Shown: positions 1-8,183, counted from the stretch's first letter. The stretch is 38,261 nt of DNA from Candidatus Kaiserbacteria bacterium RIFCSPHIGHO2_12_FULL_53_13 (GCA_001781555.1 MFLP01000030.1:16164-54424); one strand, 5' to 3'. Made by a program: numbers and translations. Notes: a model not told the origin generated them from the letters alone.

Positions 1-1206
1 CCCAAAATAGCAGACCGCTATGGCAGACGAGTTGTCAAATATAAGCTCCGTGATTGGATAGTCTCTCGCCAGCGCTACTGGGGCGTGCCGATACCGATAA
101 TCCATTGCAAGAAATGCGGGAATGTGCCCGTACCTGACGCTGACTTGCCCGTAGAATTGCCGGATGTAGCCGACTATTTGCCGGAAGGAAGCGGTAAATC
201 GCCGCTTGCGAAGGCAAGGCAGTGGGTAAAAACCGCATGCCCCTCATGCGGCGGCCGCGCAGAGCGCGAGACCGATACACTCGATACTTTCGTGGATTCT
301 TCATGGTACTTTCTGCGCTACACGGACCCGAAAAATGAAAAGGAATTCGCCTCACTAGACAAGATGGGGAAGTGGATGCCGATAAATTTATACTCCGGCG
401 GCGCCGAGCACACGACGATGCATCTCCTGTATTCACGTTTCTGGCACAAAGCGCTTTTCGACATAGGACTTGTCGCTGATACGGAACCCTATACGCGGCG
501 GATGAACCGTTCACTTATCCTAGGGCCCGACGGACAGAAGATGAGCAAGTCGCGCGGGAACGTCATCGATCCGGATGAAGTCGTCGAGCGGCTCGGCGCG
601 GACACCGTGCGCATGTACCTCGCGTTCATCGGGCCCTATAACGAGGTTTCGAGCTACCCGTGGAATCCCGACGGAGTTGTGGGAGTCAGACGCTTCTTAG
701 AGCGAGTATGCCGCATGAGCGACTCTGTGCAGGATGGAGATGTCCCAGAACTCGATATACTCCTACATAAGACCATCAAGAAGGTGGGGGAGGACATTGC
801 GGCATTGAAGTTCAATACGGCCGTAAGCGCGCTCATGATCCTTCTCAATTCCGTAGAAAAGACCAGGACTATCGGCAAGCCCCAATGGGCCGCGTTTCTG
901 AAATTACTCGCTCCCTTTGCACCCCACCTCGCCGAAGAGCTTTGGCGCGAGATAGGGAACAAGGGTTCTGTTCACTTGGAGAAATGGCCTGAATATGATG
1001 CGTCAAAACTCAAAGACGAGACAATAACCATTGCCATACAGATAAATGGCAAAACGCGGGGAGAAACAAACGTAACGTCTGATGCGGACAATGCAACGAT
1101 AGAAAAAACAGCACGTGAGGCAGTTGCATCACGACTTGAGGGAAAGAAAGTGGTGCGGACAGTAGTCGTGCCGAACAGGCTCGTAAATTTCGTACTGGGA
1201 GATTAA
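1..1206 (+). CDS. leuS: Leucyl-tRNA synthetase, C-terminal ~400 aa (5' end lies outside the window)
   Basis: Frame 1 is open from nt 1 (PKIADRYGRRVVKYKLRDWIVSRQRYWGVPIP...). It has the class-I KMSKS loop (GQKMSKSRGN) and a C-terminal tRNA-binding region. Stop is TAA at 1204-1206. Confidence 0.95.
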   Translation, partial: PKIADRYGRRVVKYKLRDWIVSRQRYWGVPIPIIHCKKCGNVPVPDADLPVELPDVADYLPEGSGKSPLAKARQWVKTACPSCGGRAERETDTLDTFVDSSWYFLRYTDPKNEKEFASLDKMGKWMPINLYSGGAEHTTMHLLYSRFWHKALFDIGLVADTEPYTRRMNRSLILGPDGQKMSKSRGNVIDPDEVVERLGADTVRMYLAFIGPYNEVSSYPWNPDGVVGVRRFLERVCRMSDSVQDGDVPELDILLHKTIKKVGEDIAALKFNTAVSALMILLNSVEKTRTIGKPQWAAFLKLLAPFAPHLAEELWREIGNKGSVHLEKWPEYDASKLKDETITIAIQINGKTRGETNVTSDADNATIEKTAREAVASRLEGKKVVRTVVVPNRLVNFVLGD

Positions 1207-2672
1207 CGCTCCCGTATCTCAGGACCTCCCGTGGTGTCCGAGACATCGTAACCGGCATCGGCAATTTTCTCGCGGAGCTCATCGGAGCGGGTCCATTCTT
1301 TATCGGCCCGCGCCCTCTCACGATCGTTGACGAGGAGTGCAACTTCCAGCGGCAAGTCTTCAATCTTGATATCTTCTTTCACAAGTATCTCTAGCACCGA
1401 GGGTTGCGAGAGTCCAATGCCGAGCACGCGGTCGGCATCACGCAGGGTCGCGGAAATATCGGCGTGGGAAAGCGAGCCGTCGCCCGTCATCTCCCACAAA
1501 AGCGCGAGTGCGCCTGGCGTGTCCAGATCGTCGTTGAGGCGCTCATGGAAGCGTCTGCGGTGCATTTCGGAGACGGTACCACCCTCCTCACGCGCGAAGC
1601 TCAAGAGGCGGCCAAGCGCAGTCTGCGCGGCCCCTAGCGCCTCCCAGGTGAAATTGCTCGACGTTCGATAGTGTGCGCCGAGGAAGAGATAGCGCAAGGC
1701 AAGAGGATGAAAATCACGTTCGCAGATTTCGGATAAGTACACGACGTTTCCTTTTGACTTGGCGAGCTTCGCCCCCTCGAGCTGGACGTGCGCGCGGTGC
1801 ATCCAGAAGCGCACAAAGGGTTTCTTGCCAGTTGCCGCCTCTGACTGTGCGATTTCGTTGTTGTGATGCACCCCGATGTGCTCTATGCCTCCCGTGTGTA
1901 TATCAATTTGCTCACCCAATATTGCGCGTATCATCGCGGAGCACTCTATATGCCACCCCGGGAAGCCCTTTCCCCATGGGCTGTCCCATCCGAGCTTGCT
2001 GTCCAGTTTCCACAATGCGAAGTCAGCCGCATTGCGTTTCTCGGACTTTATCGCGACCCGTGCGCCCTCTTTCTGGCCTTCAATGTTAACTCCTCCGAGC
2101 GCACCGTAGGCAGGGAAGCGCGAGGTATCAAAGTAGACGCCGTCTCCGGTCGTGTACGCGTATCCTTTCTCTTGAAGCGTCGTTATCATTGCGATCTGTG
2201 CCGGGATGTAGTCGCTCGCGCGCGGGAACGTGATGCGCGAAGTGTCGATATTGAGCTTGCGCAGGTCGTCCAAGAATATCTGCGTGTATCGCTCGCCAAG
2301 CTCGCGCATATTTTCTAATGTGAGTTTTTTTCCTTCGCGTTTAAGGCCTTTTGTCATCCTATCTTCGCCTTCATCGGCGTCGGATGTCAGATGTCCTACA
2401 TCGGTTATATTAATTACCTGCTTTACAGTGAGCCCGTTATATTCGAGTGTTCTACGAAGTATGTCGGCAAAGACGAACATTGAAAGATTGCCGATATGCT
2501 GAACGTCATACACCGTAGGCCCGCAGTTATACATGCGTACGGTCTTCGCCGGGGCTGACAGAATAAATTCCTGCTTCTCCTTTCCAAGCGTATTGTAAAG
2601 AAAAAGGGGAGTGTCCGGCGTATTTTTATTCAAGAAACGTTCAAGGAAACGGAATCGCATATTTAAAACCAT
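1203..2672 (-). CDS. cysS: Cysteinyl-tRNA synthetase
   Basis: 489-aa ORF with a CysRS-type N-terminus (MYNCGPTVYDVQHIGN, HIGH motif) and a KMSKS-like KLAKSKGN. An alternative ATG lies at 2660. Its stop shares the tetranucleotide TTAA with the convergent leuS stop. Confidence 0.93.
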   Translation of the reverse strand: MVLNMRFRFLERFLNKNTPDTPLFLYNTLGKEKQEFILSAPAKTVRMYNCGPTVYDVQHIGNLSMFVFADILRRTLEYNGLTVKQVINITDVGHLTSDADEGEDRMTKGLKREGKKLTLENMRELGERYTQIFLDDLRKLNIDTSRITFPRASDYIPAQIAMITTLQEKGYAYTTGDGVYFDTSRFPAYGALGGVNIEGQKEGARVAIKSEKRNAADFALWKLDSKLGWDSPWGKGFPGWHIECSAMIRAILGEQIDIHTGGIEHIGVHHNNEIAQSEAATGKKPFVRFWMHRAHVQLEGAKLAKSKGNVVYLSEICERDFHPLALRYLFLGAHYRTSSNFTWEALGAAQTALGRLLSFAREEGGTVSEMHRRRFHERLNDDLDTPGALALLWEMTGDGSLSHADISATLRDADRVLGIGLSQPSVLEILVKEDIKIEDLPLEVALLVNDRERARADKEWTRSDELREKIADAGYDVSDTTGGPEIRER

Positions 2673-3592
2673 TTCTTGTGCTTAAAGTACGCGACCATGC
2701 ATGTTCCGATCACGACTACGGTCCCGAGGATTATCCAGAAATCATACGGCAGTCCTCGTATGGGGTTATGAATGGTATCGATCTGGAGAATTGAAACGAC
2801 AAGCGACAGCGGGAATGTGAGAAGCGCCATGATGGTAAGGACACGCATGGTTTCGTTTTCTTTTGTCGAGAGCAGGGAGTTGTTCGTCTCGCGAAGTTCG
2901 TGAAGCGATTCGGTATTACGCATGATGTGGTTGTGCACGCGGTAGTATTCATTGGACAACGCACGCACATATGGCATAAAGTCTTCTCCGAATAACTTCG
3001 CGCTTTCGGACTCAAGAGCGTGCAGTACATCGCGGTGCGGTTCTATGGTTTGCCGCAGATTCAAAAGATCGCGCGCGCTTTCGGATATCGCGTGGACCAT
3101 CCTGACCTCATGTCCTGAAAAGATGTATTCCTCGACTGCACCGAGGTGATGCCGAATATGTTCCGCCTCGTACTCGACGGATTTGTACAGCTTCTTCATC
3201 ATGTAGAAGAAAAGAAATCCTGCATGGTCCCCGACCTTGCTCTTGTCTAAAATCGAGTTCACCTCGAAGACTTTCGAGAATTTGTGCAGCGGGTCGACAG
3301 TGTCATAGTGAGCGGTGATTATAAATTTGCGTCCGACAACAAAATCGACTTCCTGTTCCATTGACGTGTGGGAATGACGCAGTGCAGGGAAGTGGAGGAT
3401 TATGTACGCATAAGAGTCATAAAATTCCGCGCGCGGTTTTGCAGAAGGAAGCATTAGCTCTTCAGCGATCATAGCGCTCACGCCGAACTGTTCAATGATT
3501 CTTTGCACTTCATTGCGCGTAGGCGATTCCAGATCAACCCATAAAATCCCATTGTGCTCGCGGTCCGTGCGCATAGCCAAATTATACAACAT
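2663..3592 (-). CDS. CorA-like divalent-cation channel with a non-canonical pore signature (QID instead of GMN)
   Basis: CorA layout: a soluble N-domain plus two C-terminal TM helices ending ...AYFKHKKWF. The position of YGMNF reads SILQIDT. The likely true start is ATG 3574 (M7), with TATAAT 6 nt upstream. Confidence 0.75.
   Translation of the reverse strand: MLYNLAMRTDREHNGILWVDLESPTRNEVQRIIEQFGVSAMIAEELMLPSAKPRAEFYDSYAYIILHFPALRHSHTSMEQEVDFVVGRKFIITAHYDTVDPLHKFSKVFEVNSILDKSKVGDHAGFLFFYMMKKLYKSVEYEAEHIRHHLGAVEEYIFSGHEVRMVHAISESARDLLNLRQTIEPHRDVLHALESESAKLFGEDFMPYVRALSNEYYRVHNHIMRNTESLHELRETNNSLLSTKENETMRVLTIMALLTFPLSLVVSILQIDTIHNPIRGLPYDFWIILGTVVVIGTCMVAYFKHKKWF
3575..3586 (-). promoter_or_regulatory. 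-10 box abutting the probable corA-like start
   Basis: TATAAT (3586->3581) - 6 nt (TTGGCT) - ATG at 3574, in frame with the ORF. Confidence 0.4.
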
Positions 3593-3631
3593 CTTTTGTC
3601 CTCGTCGGCGACCCCGCTCTCATTGTCTGGT

Positions 3632-3665
3632 TTGGCAAAAATATGGGCGGGTGCGATAATTGCAA
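3632..3665 (+). promoter_or_regulatory. Sigma70-type promoter of ctp, start codon at the predicted TSS (leaderless)
   Basis: TTGGCA (3632-3637) - 17 nt - GATAAT (3655-3660) - 5 nt - ATG (3666). No SD. Confidence 0.55.
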
Positions 3666-4964
3666 ATGCAGAATTCATGCGGGATACATATGTTTGATGA
3701 AAATGGCAAAAGATTTCTAAGCGCGAAAAACGCTGGCATCATTGCCGTCTCGCTTGCAATAGTCGGTTTCGGAACAGGATTTCTTATAGGTGGGCGTGGA
3801 TTCCTAGCGGACAGCTCCTCTCGGTCCATTGCTTCCGAGAGCCTTGGAGCAGATAAACCACCATCCGGCGTGGATTTTTCTCCGGTTTGGAAAGCATGGC
3901 AGGCCATTGATGAGAAATTCGTCCCTGCCGCCGTTTCTACAAGCACCCCCGCAGCCACAAGTACCGAGGCCACTGATCAGGAGCGGGTCTGGGGAATGAT
4001 ACAGGGCCTTGCAGGCTCTCTGAACGACCCATACACGTTCTTCATGCCTCCTGCCGAAAACAAGGTCTTTTCCGATGACATGAGCGGCAGTTTTGAAGGA
4101 GTCGGCATGGAAATCGCTGTGCGCGAGCAGGTTTTGACAGTTGTCTCTCCTCTAAAAGGAACTCCTTCGGAAAGAGCCGGGATAAAGAGCGGGGACAGAG
4201 TATTGAAAATAGATGAAATAGATACGCGCGGCATGGATATAACGGAAGCCGTCAAACGTATCAGGGGCCTGCGGGGAAGCGTCGTGTCTCTGACGATATC
4301 ACGGGACGGATGGGATGCCCCGAGGGAGATAAAAGTAACTCGCGATGTCATAGATGTGCCTATCTTAACCACAGAAGCCCGCCCTGATGGCGTATTCGTG
4401 ATACAAGTCATGAGCTTCACTGGGAATTCATCCGGACTTTTCCGGAATGCATTGCGTGAGTTTATCGATTCCGGAGATACGAAACTCATACTTGATCTGC
4501 GGGGCAATCCCGGCGGTTATCTCGAATCTGCCGTTGACATGGCCAGCTGGTTTTTACCTTCCGGCAAAGTCGTTGTTACGGAAGATTACGATGGCCACGG
4601 GGAGAATATCGTGCATCGCTCGCGCGGCTATGACGTGTTCAATGAGAACTTGCGAATGGCGATATTGGTAGATCACGGCTCCGCGTCAGCTTCAGAAATT
4701 CTCGCAGACGCTTTGCGATACTATGGCGTAGCCAAGCTTGTTGGCGCGACGACCTTCGGAAAAGGGTCAGTACAAGAACTTGTGGAGATCACCCCGGAGA
4801 CCTCTCTCAAATTGACGATTGCGAGATGGTTAGGGCCCAACGGAGATCAGATACCGAACACGGGCATCATTCCGGACGTGGAAGTGAAAATCAGCGACGA
4901 TGACGCAAAAGCCGGCGAGGACCCTCAAATGGATAAAGCAGTCGAATTGCTCAATGCGCAATGA
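3666..4964 (+). CDS. ctp: Carboxy-terminal processing protease (S41 family, PDZ domain, N-terminal membrane anchor)
   Basis: Carries S41 motifs RGNPGGYL, SASASEILA and TFGKGSVQ, plus a PDZ-like segment (GIKSGDRVLKID). The ORF track begins at TTG 3660. The first ATG at 3666 sits 5 nt after a GATAAT box. Confidence 0.9.
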   Translation: MQNSCGIHMFDENGKRFLSAKNAGIIAVSLAIVGFGTGFLIGGRGFLADSSSRSIASESLGADKPPSGVDFSPVWKAWQAIDEKFVPAAVSTSTPAATSTEATDQERVWGMIQGLAGSLNDPYTFFMPPAENKVFSDDMSGSFEGVGMEIAVREQVLTVVSPLKGTPSERAGIKSGDRVLKIDEIDTRGMDITEAVKRIRGLRGSVVSLTISRDGWDAPREIKVTRDVIDVPILTTEARPDGVFVIQVMSFTGNSSGLFRNALREFIDSGDTKLILDLRGNPGGYLESAVDMASWFLPSGKVVVTEDYDGHGENIVHRSRGYDVFNENLRMAILVDHGSASASEILADALRYYGVAKLVGATTFGKGSVQELVEITPETSLKLTIARWLGPNGDQIPNTGIIPDVEVKISDDDAKAGEDPQMDKAVELLNAQ

Positions 4965-4977
4965 GTACCCGATGCGT

Positions 4978-5421
4978 ATGAAAGTTATCCTTATCAAGGA
5001 TGTCGGCGGGGTAGGGCAGAGGGGCGTCGTGAAAGAAGTGGCCGACGGGTACGCTATAAATTCTCTGATACCACGCGGACTTGCCGTGCAAGCAACTCCT
5101 GCGAAAATTGCAGAGCATGAAAAGCAGCGCAAACAAGAGGAAGCAAGGGCGACTTTACGCGATGAAGAATGGACGCGTCTTATAAAGACATTATCCGGAG
5201 CTAAAATAACAATTATGGCTCGTGCGAATGAAAAGGGGCATCTCTATCAAAGTCTCTCATCCGAAATGATAGCCGAAGAAATAGACAAGACATACAACGT
5301 CGTCCTTCCCAAAGAAGCCGTATCTCTGGAACAGCCTATAAAAACCGTCGGTATCACGCAGGTAGAGATACAATTAGGTACCAAAAAAGCCCTGATTACC
5401 GTGGAATTGAAAACAAGCTGA
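4978..5421 (+). CDS. rplI: 50S ribosomal protein L9
   Basis: MKVILIKDVGGVGQRGVVKEVADGYAINSLIPRGLA is a typical L9 N-terminus. The ORF-track extension from 4900 overlaps the ctp 3' end and was discarded. An alternative ATG lies at 4972. Confidence 0.9.
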   Translation: MKVILIKDVGGVGQRGVVKEVADGYAINSLIPRGLAVQATPAKIAEHEKQRKQEEARATLRDEEWTRLIKTLSGAKITIMARANEKGHLYQSLSSEMIAEEIDKTYNVVLPKEAVSLEQPIKTVGITQVEIQLGTKKALITVELKTS

Positions 5422-5426
5422 ACGAA

Positions 5427-5699
5427 CTAGACAACGTCAACGATATTCCTGGACTTGGAGCGGCCGTCGAAATTCATCTTTCGCTTTGTGCGGAAATGTA
5501 CGATGCCGGAAGTTCGCGCGAAAAGCGTATGGTCATGTCCAACCCCTATGTTCTTGCCAGGGAGTATTTTTGTTCCACGCTGGCGCACTATGACCTCGCC
5601 GATGCCCACTTTTTGCCCATCGGAGCGCTTTACCCCTAGATATTTAGGGTTTGAATCGCGTAGATTTTTCGCTGTTCCTCCTGCTTTTGTATGTGCCAT
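5427..5699 (-). CDS. rpmA: 50S ribosomal protein L27
   Basis: [31 protein letters not shown]... is the canonical L27 sequence. No rplU gene lies upstream. Confidence 0.95.
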   Translation of the reverse strand: MAHTKAGGTAKNLRDSNPKYLGVKRSDGQKVGIGEVIVRQRGTKILPGKNIGVGHDHTLFARTSGIVHFRTKRKMNFDGRSKSRNIVDVV

Positions 5700-5754
5700 A
5701 ATGGTTCAGATCCTAGGGTATAGGTGTTAGGGATTAAACAATATCTTTTAGAAC

Positions 5755-6117
5755 ATGCAGAGTATAGAAGAATTGAAGCTGAAAATCAAGGGCATCCTTG
5801 ACGAATTCATCGGGGAGTGGGGGATTGTGGCCATTGTCTTCCTGGTCGGCCTGGGGTCATTCGGTCTCGGCCGACTTTCCGTTCTTGAAAGTGTCCGGCC
5901 TCCCGTTTCCATCATAGAGGCGCCTGCCGGGACAAAACCAAGAGCCATGAATATCGGGGGATTGATAGTGGCTTCTAAAACGGGCAGCGCGTATTATTTT
6001 CCGTGGTGCGCAAGTGCTTTGAAGATAGCACAGCGGAATCAGATATGGTTCGTGAGCGAGGACGAGGCCCGGCGTGCGGGCTACACGCCGGCGAAGAACT
6101 GCAAGGGATTGCAGTAA
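5755..6117 (+). CDS. Membrane-anchored small protein with a C-terminal Ada-N-like ('sunset'-type) domain
   Basis: One N-terminal TM helix (WGIVAIVFLVGLGSFGLG). The C-terminus reads YYFPWCASALKIAQRNQIWFVSEDEARRAGYTPAKNC, which matches the YHxxxC...F.S..EA..AGYrPCk.C pattern recalled from memory. Confidence 0.6.
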   Translation: MQSIEELKLKIKGILDEFIGEWGIVAIVFLVGLGSFGLGRLSVLESVRPPVSIIEAPAGTKPRAMNIGGLIVASKTGSAYYFPWCASALKIAQRNQIWFVSEDEARRAGYTPAKNCKGLQ

Positions 6118-6151
6118 GAAAAAGTCTCTATACGCCGCACGTCATACGCTA

Positions 6152-6163
6152 TACAATACTCCT
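6152..6163 (+). promoter_or_regulatory. -10 box abutting the exonuclease start
   Basis: TACAAT (6152-6157) - 6 nt - ATG (6164). Confidence 0.45.
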
Positions 6164-6754
6164 ATGTTAATTATTGATGTAGAAGCATCGGGGACGGAAG
6201 CGCACAGGCACTCCATCGTGAGCGTGGGCGCGCTCGATTTTGCGAACCCGAGCAATAGATTTTATGAAGAATGCAGAGTTTGGGATGGTGCGCACATTAT
6301 GGACGAAGCACTTGCGGTGAACGGATTCAGCAGGGAACAGATAACCGATGCTAGAAAGCAGAGCGAGGCGGATCTGACACACGCCTTCCTTCACTGGAGT
6401 GATGGATTGGAAGAACGGACTCTTGCAGGACAGAACGTTTCTTTTGATCGCGATTTCTTGAAATATGCGGCACAGCGCGCCGGGCATACCGACTGGCCAT
6501 TCGCATATCGCACGATCGACACGCATACGCTCTGCTACATGCACATGGTAGAGCGGGGAATCCAGCCGCCGGTGAAGCATCGCCGCTCCGCACTCGACCT
6601 AGATGCAGTATTGCACTATTGCGGTATTCCAGAGGAGCCCAGCCCGCACAACGCGCTTACAGGTGCCTTGTCGCATGCGGAGGTAGTCGCACGCCTTCTC
6701 TATGGCCGAAAGCTTTTGCCAGAATTCATGCAATTTGAGATACCCTGGAAATAA
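6164..6754 (+). CDS. DEDD-type 3'-5' exonuclease (DnaQ/RNase T-like)
   Basis: Exo I motif MLIIDVEASG, Exo II GQNVSFDRDFL and Exo III-like HNALTGALSHAEV. The internal ATG at 6164 is preferred over the ORF-track start 6074, which overlaps the previous gene. TACAAT lies 6 nt upstream. Confidence 0.75.
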   Translation: MLIIDVEASGTEAHRHSIVSVGALDFANPSNRFYEECRVWDGAHIMDEALAVNGFSREQITDARKQSEADLTHAFLHWSDGLEERTLAGQNVSFDRDFLKYAAQRAGHTDWPFAYRTIDTHTLCYMHMVERGIQPPVKHRRSALDLDAVLHYCGIPEEPSPHNALTGALSHAEVVARLLYGRKLLPEFMQFEIPWK

Positions 6755-7009
6755 GGGGCAGGGGAGAGTGCAAGAAGAACAGCATTTGTAGATTTATTGA
6801 TGCCTTCCCCTTTGGTTTGGCAGGGAACTGGAAATAAATTTTATTCTGGAATATTGAGTCGTTATAATACTTCCAACTTCGTTTTAATTGTTCCGACACT
6901 TTATTTAAATCAGCAGTCATCAGAGGAAGAGAGAAGTGTCAAATCGGCTAAACGAGATTGTGGCGTAATAATATTAATACAACGTCGCACAATATATCTT
7001 TTACGCGGG

Positions 7010-7026
7010 TAGCTTATGCGACATAT
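7010..7026. repeat. Left copy of a perfect 17-bp inverted repeat (tagcttatgcgacatat)
   Basis: Exact reverse complement of 7726-7742. Lies 38 nt beyond the stop of the 214-aa gene. Confidence 0.95.
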
Positions 7027-7034
7027 CATATTAT

Positions 7035-7052
7035 TTACTTATATTTAAGTAA
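7035..7052 (-). terminator. AT-rich hairpin downstream of the 214-aa gene (TTACTTA-n4-TAAGTAA)
   Basis: 7-bp stem with a 4-nt loop, 12 nt after the stop codon. There is no clear U-tract, so this is a weak terminator call. Confidence 0.3.
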
Positions 7053-7064
7053 TCAGATAATGGC

Positions 7065-7709
7065 TTAAGAACGTAAGACACGTAAGGGCTTGCGGCTTTT
7101 ATAGAACTCCTCAAACGTCTTCCAGCTCATAAGGGTTTGCTTTTGCCCGAGCCCCCTCTTCTTTTTCTGGACTAGCTCATTTAGCTCGCTCTGATTAATA
7201 TCTTCGTTCATCTGAAGAAATATGATTGGATATGGCAGTAGGTCTGACTGCGAGTATTTAGCCAGTTTAAGGTTCAGGCATCCCCCAATATTTTTGAGCG
7301 AACTGGCATAAAACACGTCTACACAAAATCCATCCTTGCCATCATATACAAAGAAATCAGCACGAGTCCTGTGGTCATCTGTGTAGAAGTATTCTCTGTG
7401 CACAAATTCTTTCCCGAATTGTTTGCACAACAGTTCGTATACATTTTTCTCTAGTATGTGGGCGCGTTCATTTATCGTATGCGCACGTTTTGAGCTATGG
7501 GCGCCTGTTCGCAAATCATGTTCACTTCCTATGTTGAGTTGTTTACGAAGCGCGACAAGTCCGCCAAAACGACGCTCGGCAGTTTTAGCTCTGGGTAAAT
7601 AAGGACACTCATCAAATTCTGTTGCTGTCGGGTACCTATGGTTCTCCTTATAAAAACGATCTAATCCATCTCTTATCCGCTCCATGGGCCACGTGAGACC
7701 TTTTGCCAT
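7065..7709 (-). CDS. Hypothetical protein: N-terminal homing-endonuclease-associated repeat (HEAR/HNH_repeat-like) plus restriction-endonuclease-fold-like core
   Basis: Residues ~8-58 (ERIRDGLDRFYKENHRYPTATEFDECPYLPRAKTAERRFGGLVALRKQL) fit the HEAR consensus (...GrxPtxxEfd...Psxxtixr.FGsW..Al). The core EKNVYELL...RADFFVYDGKDGFCVDVFYASSLK resembles a PD-(D/E)xK / Vsr-like layout. Both matches are from memory of the consensus. Confidence 0.5.
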   Translation of the reverse strand: MAKGLTWPMERIRDGLDRFYKENHRYPTATEFDECPYLPRAKTAERRFGGLVALRKQLNIGSEHDLRTGAHSSKRAHTINERAHILEKNVYELLCKQFGKEFVHREYFYTDDHRTRADFFVYDGKDGFCVDVFYASSLKNIGGCLNLKLAKYSQSDLLPYPIIFLQMNEDINQSELNELVQKKKRGLGQKQTLMSWKTFEEFYKSRKPLRVLRS

Positions 7710-7721
7710 CGCTCAAGTATA
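7710..7721 (-). promoter_or_regulatory. -10 box abutting the 214-aa gene start, 4 nt from the right inverted repeat
   Basis: TATACT (7721->7716) - 6 nt (TGAGCG) - ATG (7709). Confidence 0.45.
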
Positions 7722-7725
7722 CCCT

Positions 7726-7742
7726 ATATGTCGCATAAGCTA
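7726..7742. repeat. Right copy of a perfect 17-bp inverted repeat (atatgtcgcataagcta)
   Basis: Exact reverse complement of 7010-7026. Lies 4 nt upstream of the TATACT box of the 214-aa gene. Confidence 0.95.
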
Positions 7743-7837
7743 TTTATGATTCTGTGGATATTCTCTGCTACTACCGTAAGATACATTTTCCTGGCACAAG
7801 CTTGGCTATAAACCCGTGGATGTCTGGCTTCTCTTTT

Positions 7838-8173
7838 TTAATAAAGAGAATTAAACGGGTCAACTTGAAACTTGATGCGACTGACGTTTTGTTCGCTGCC
7901 AGAGACTGTTTTTCCGGCTCCCAAGGATAGACCAACGACACTTACCTTACCTCCCCCTTCGACGTTCTTTCCTGAAATAACTGTAACCGCCACATCGAAA
8001 CTAATGCTGCCATTTTTATTTTTGTCGTCTCCTCGATTACTGTCCATGTGGTATTGCATCTGTCCATTTGTTCTCTCCGGAGTCTTCTCCTGCTTTGCGA
8101 TTGCGATATTGGCATTTTTTACACCTCTTTGTATTCCTACAAGTGTTTCCTCGATAAATTTATCTAGTTGCAT
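7838..8173 (-). CDS. Trypco2-like small protein (conflict-system-associated alpha+beta domain)
   Basis: N-terminal helix LDKFIEETLVGIQRGV. It is followed by ISFDVAVTV...GGGKVSVVGLSLGAGKTVSGSEQNVSRIKFQVDP. This mirrors the trypco2 pattern (...vElel.vavt....g.kvkfwvl.lga......s.thrikl.l.P), recalled from memory. Confidence 0.5.
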   Translation of the reverse strand: MQLDKFIEETLVGIQRGVKNANIAIAKQEKTPERTNGQMQYHMDSNRGDDKNKNGSISFDVAVTVISGKNVEGGGKVSVVGLSLGAGKTVSGSEQNVSRIKFQVDPFNSLY

Positions 8174-8183
8174 ATAGACACTT

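Larger units (their letters stand above)
7010..7742 (-). mobile_element. Putative 733-bp inverted-repeat-bounded cassette carrying one nuclease-like gene (minimal IS / homing-type element, hypothesis)
   Basis: Layout: 17/17 terminal inverted repeats, own -10 box next to one repeat, a single ORF, then an AT-rich hairpin before the other repeat. The setting is AT-rich. No target-site duplication and no known transposase motifs were seen. Confidence 0.35.

Noticed and set aside
6753-6812. Possible terminator after the exonuclease gene (AAGGGGCAGG ... CCTTCCCCTT followed by TTTGGTTTGG).
   Set aside because: The arms pair 9/10, but they enclose a ~40-nt loop with no convincing internal pairing. 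This is too weak to call.
6726-7012. Small ORFs in the AT-rich spacer (64 aa on the minus strand at 6726-6920; 71 aa on the plus strand at 6797-7012).
   Set aside because: They have no promoter/start geometry like the real genes. One overlaps the exonuclease 3' end, and both have implausible composition. I treat the 310 nt as non-coding, possibly decayed remnants or an sRNA, but I cannot support either.
6995-7760. Target-site duplication flanking the 17-bp inverted repeats.
   Set aside because: The outer flanks (...ttacgcggg | and | tttatgattc...) share no direct repeat of 3 nt or more at the junctions. A classical transposition footprint is therefore not supported, which is why the mobile-element call stays low-confidence.
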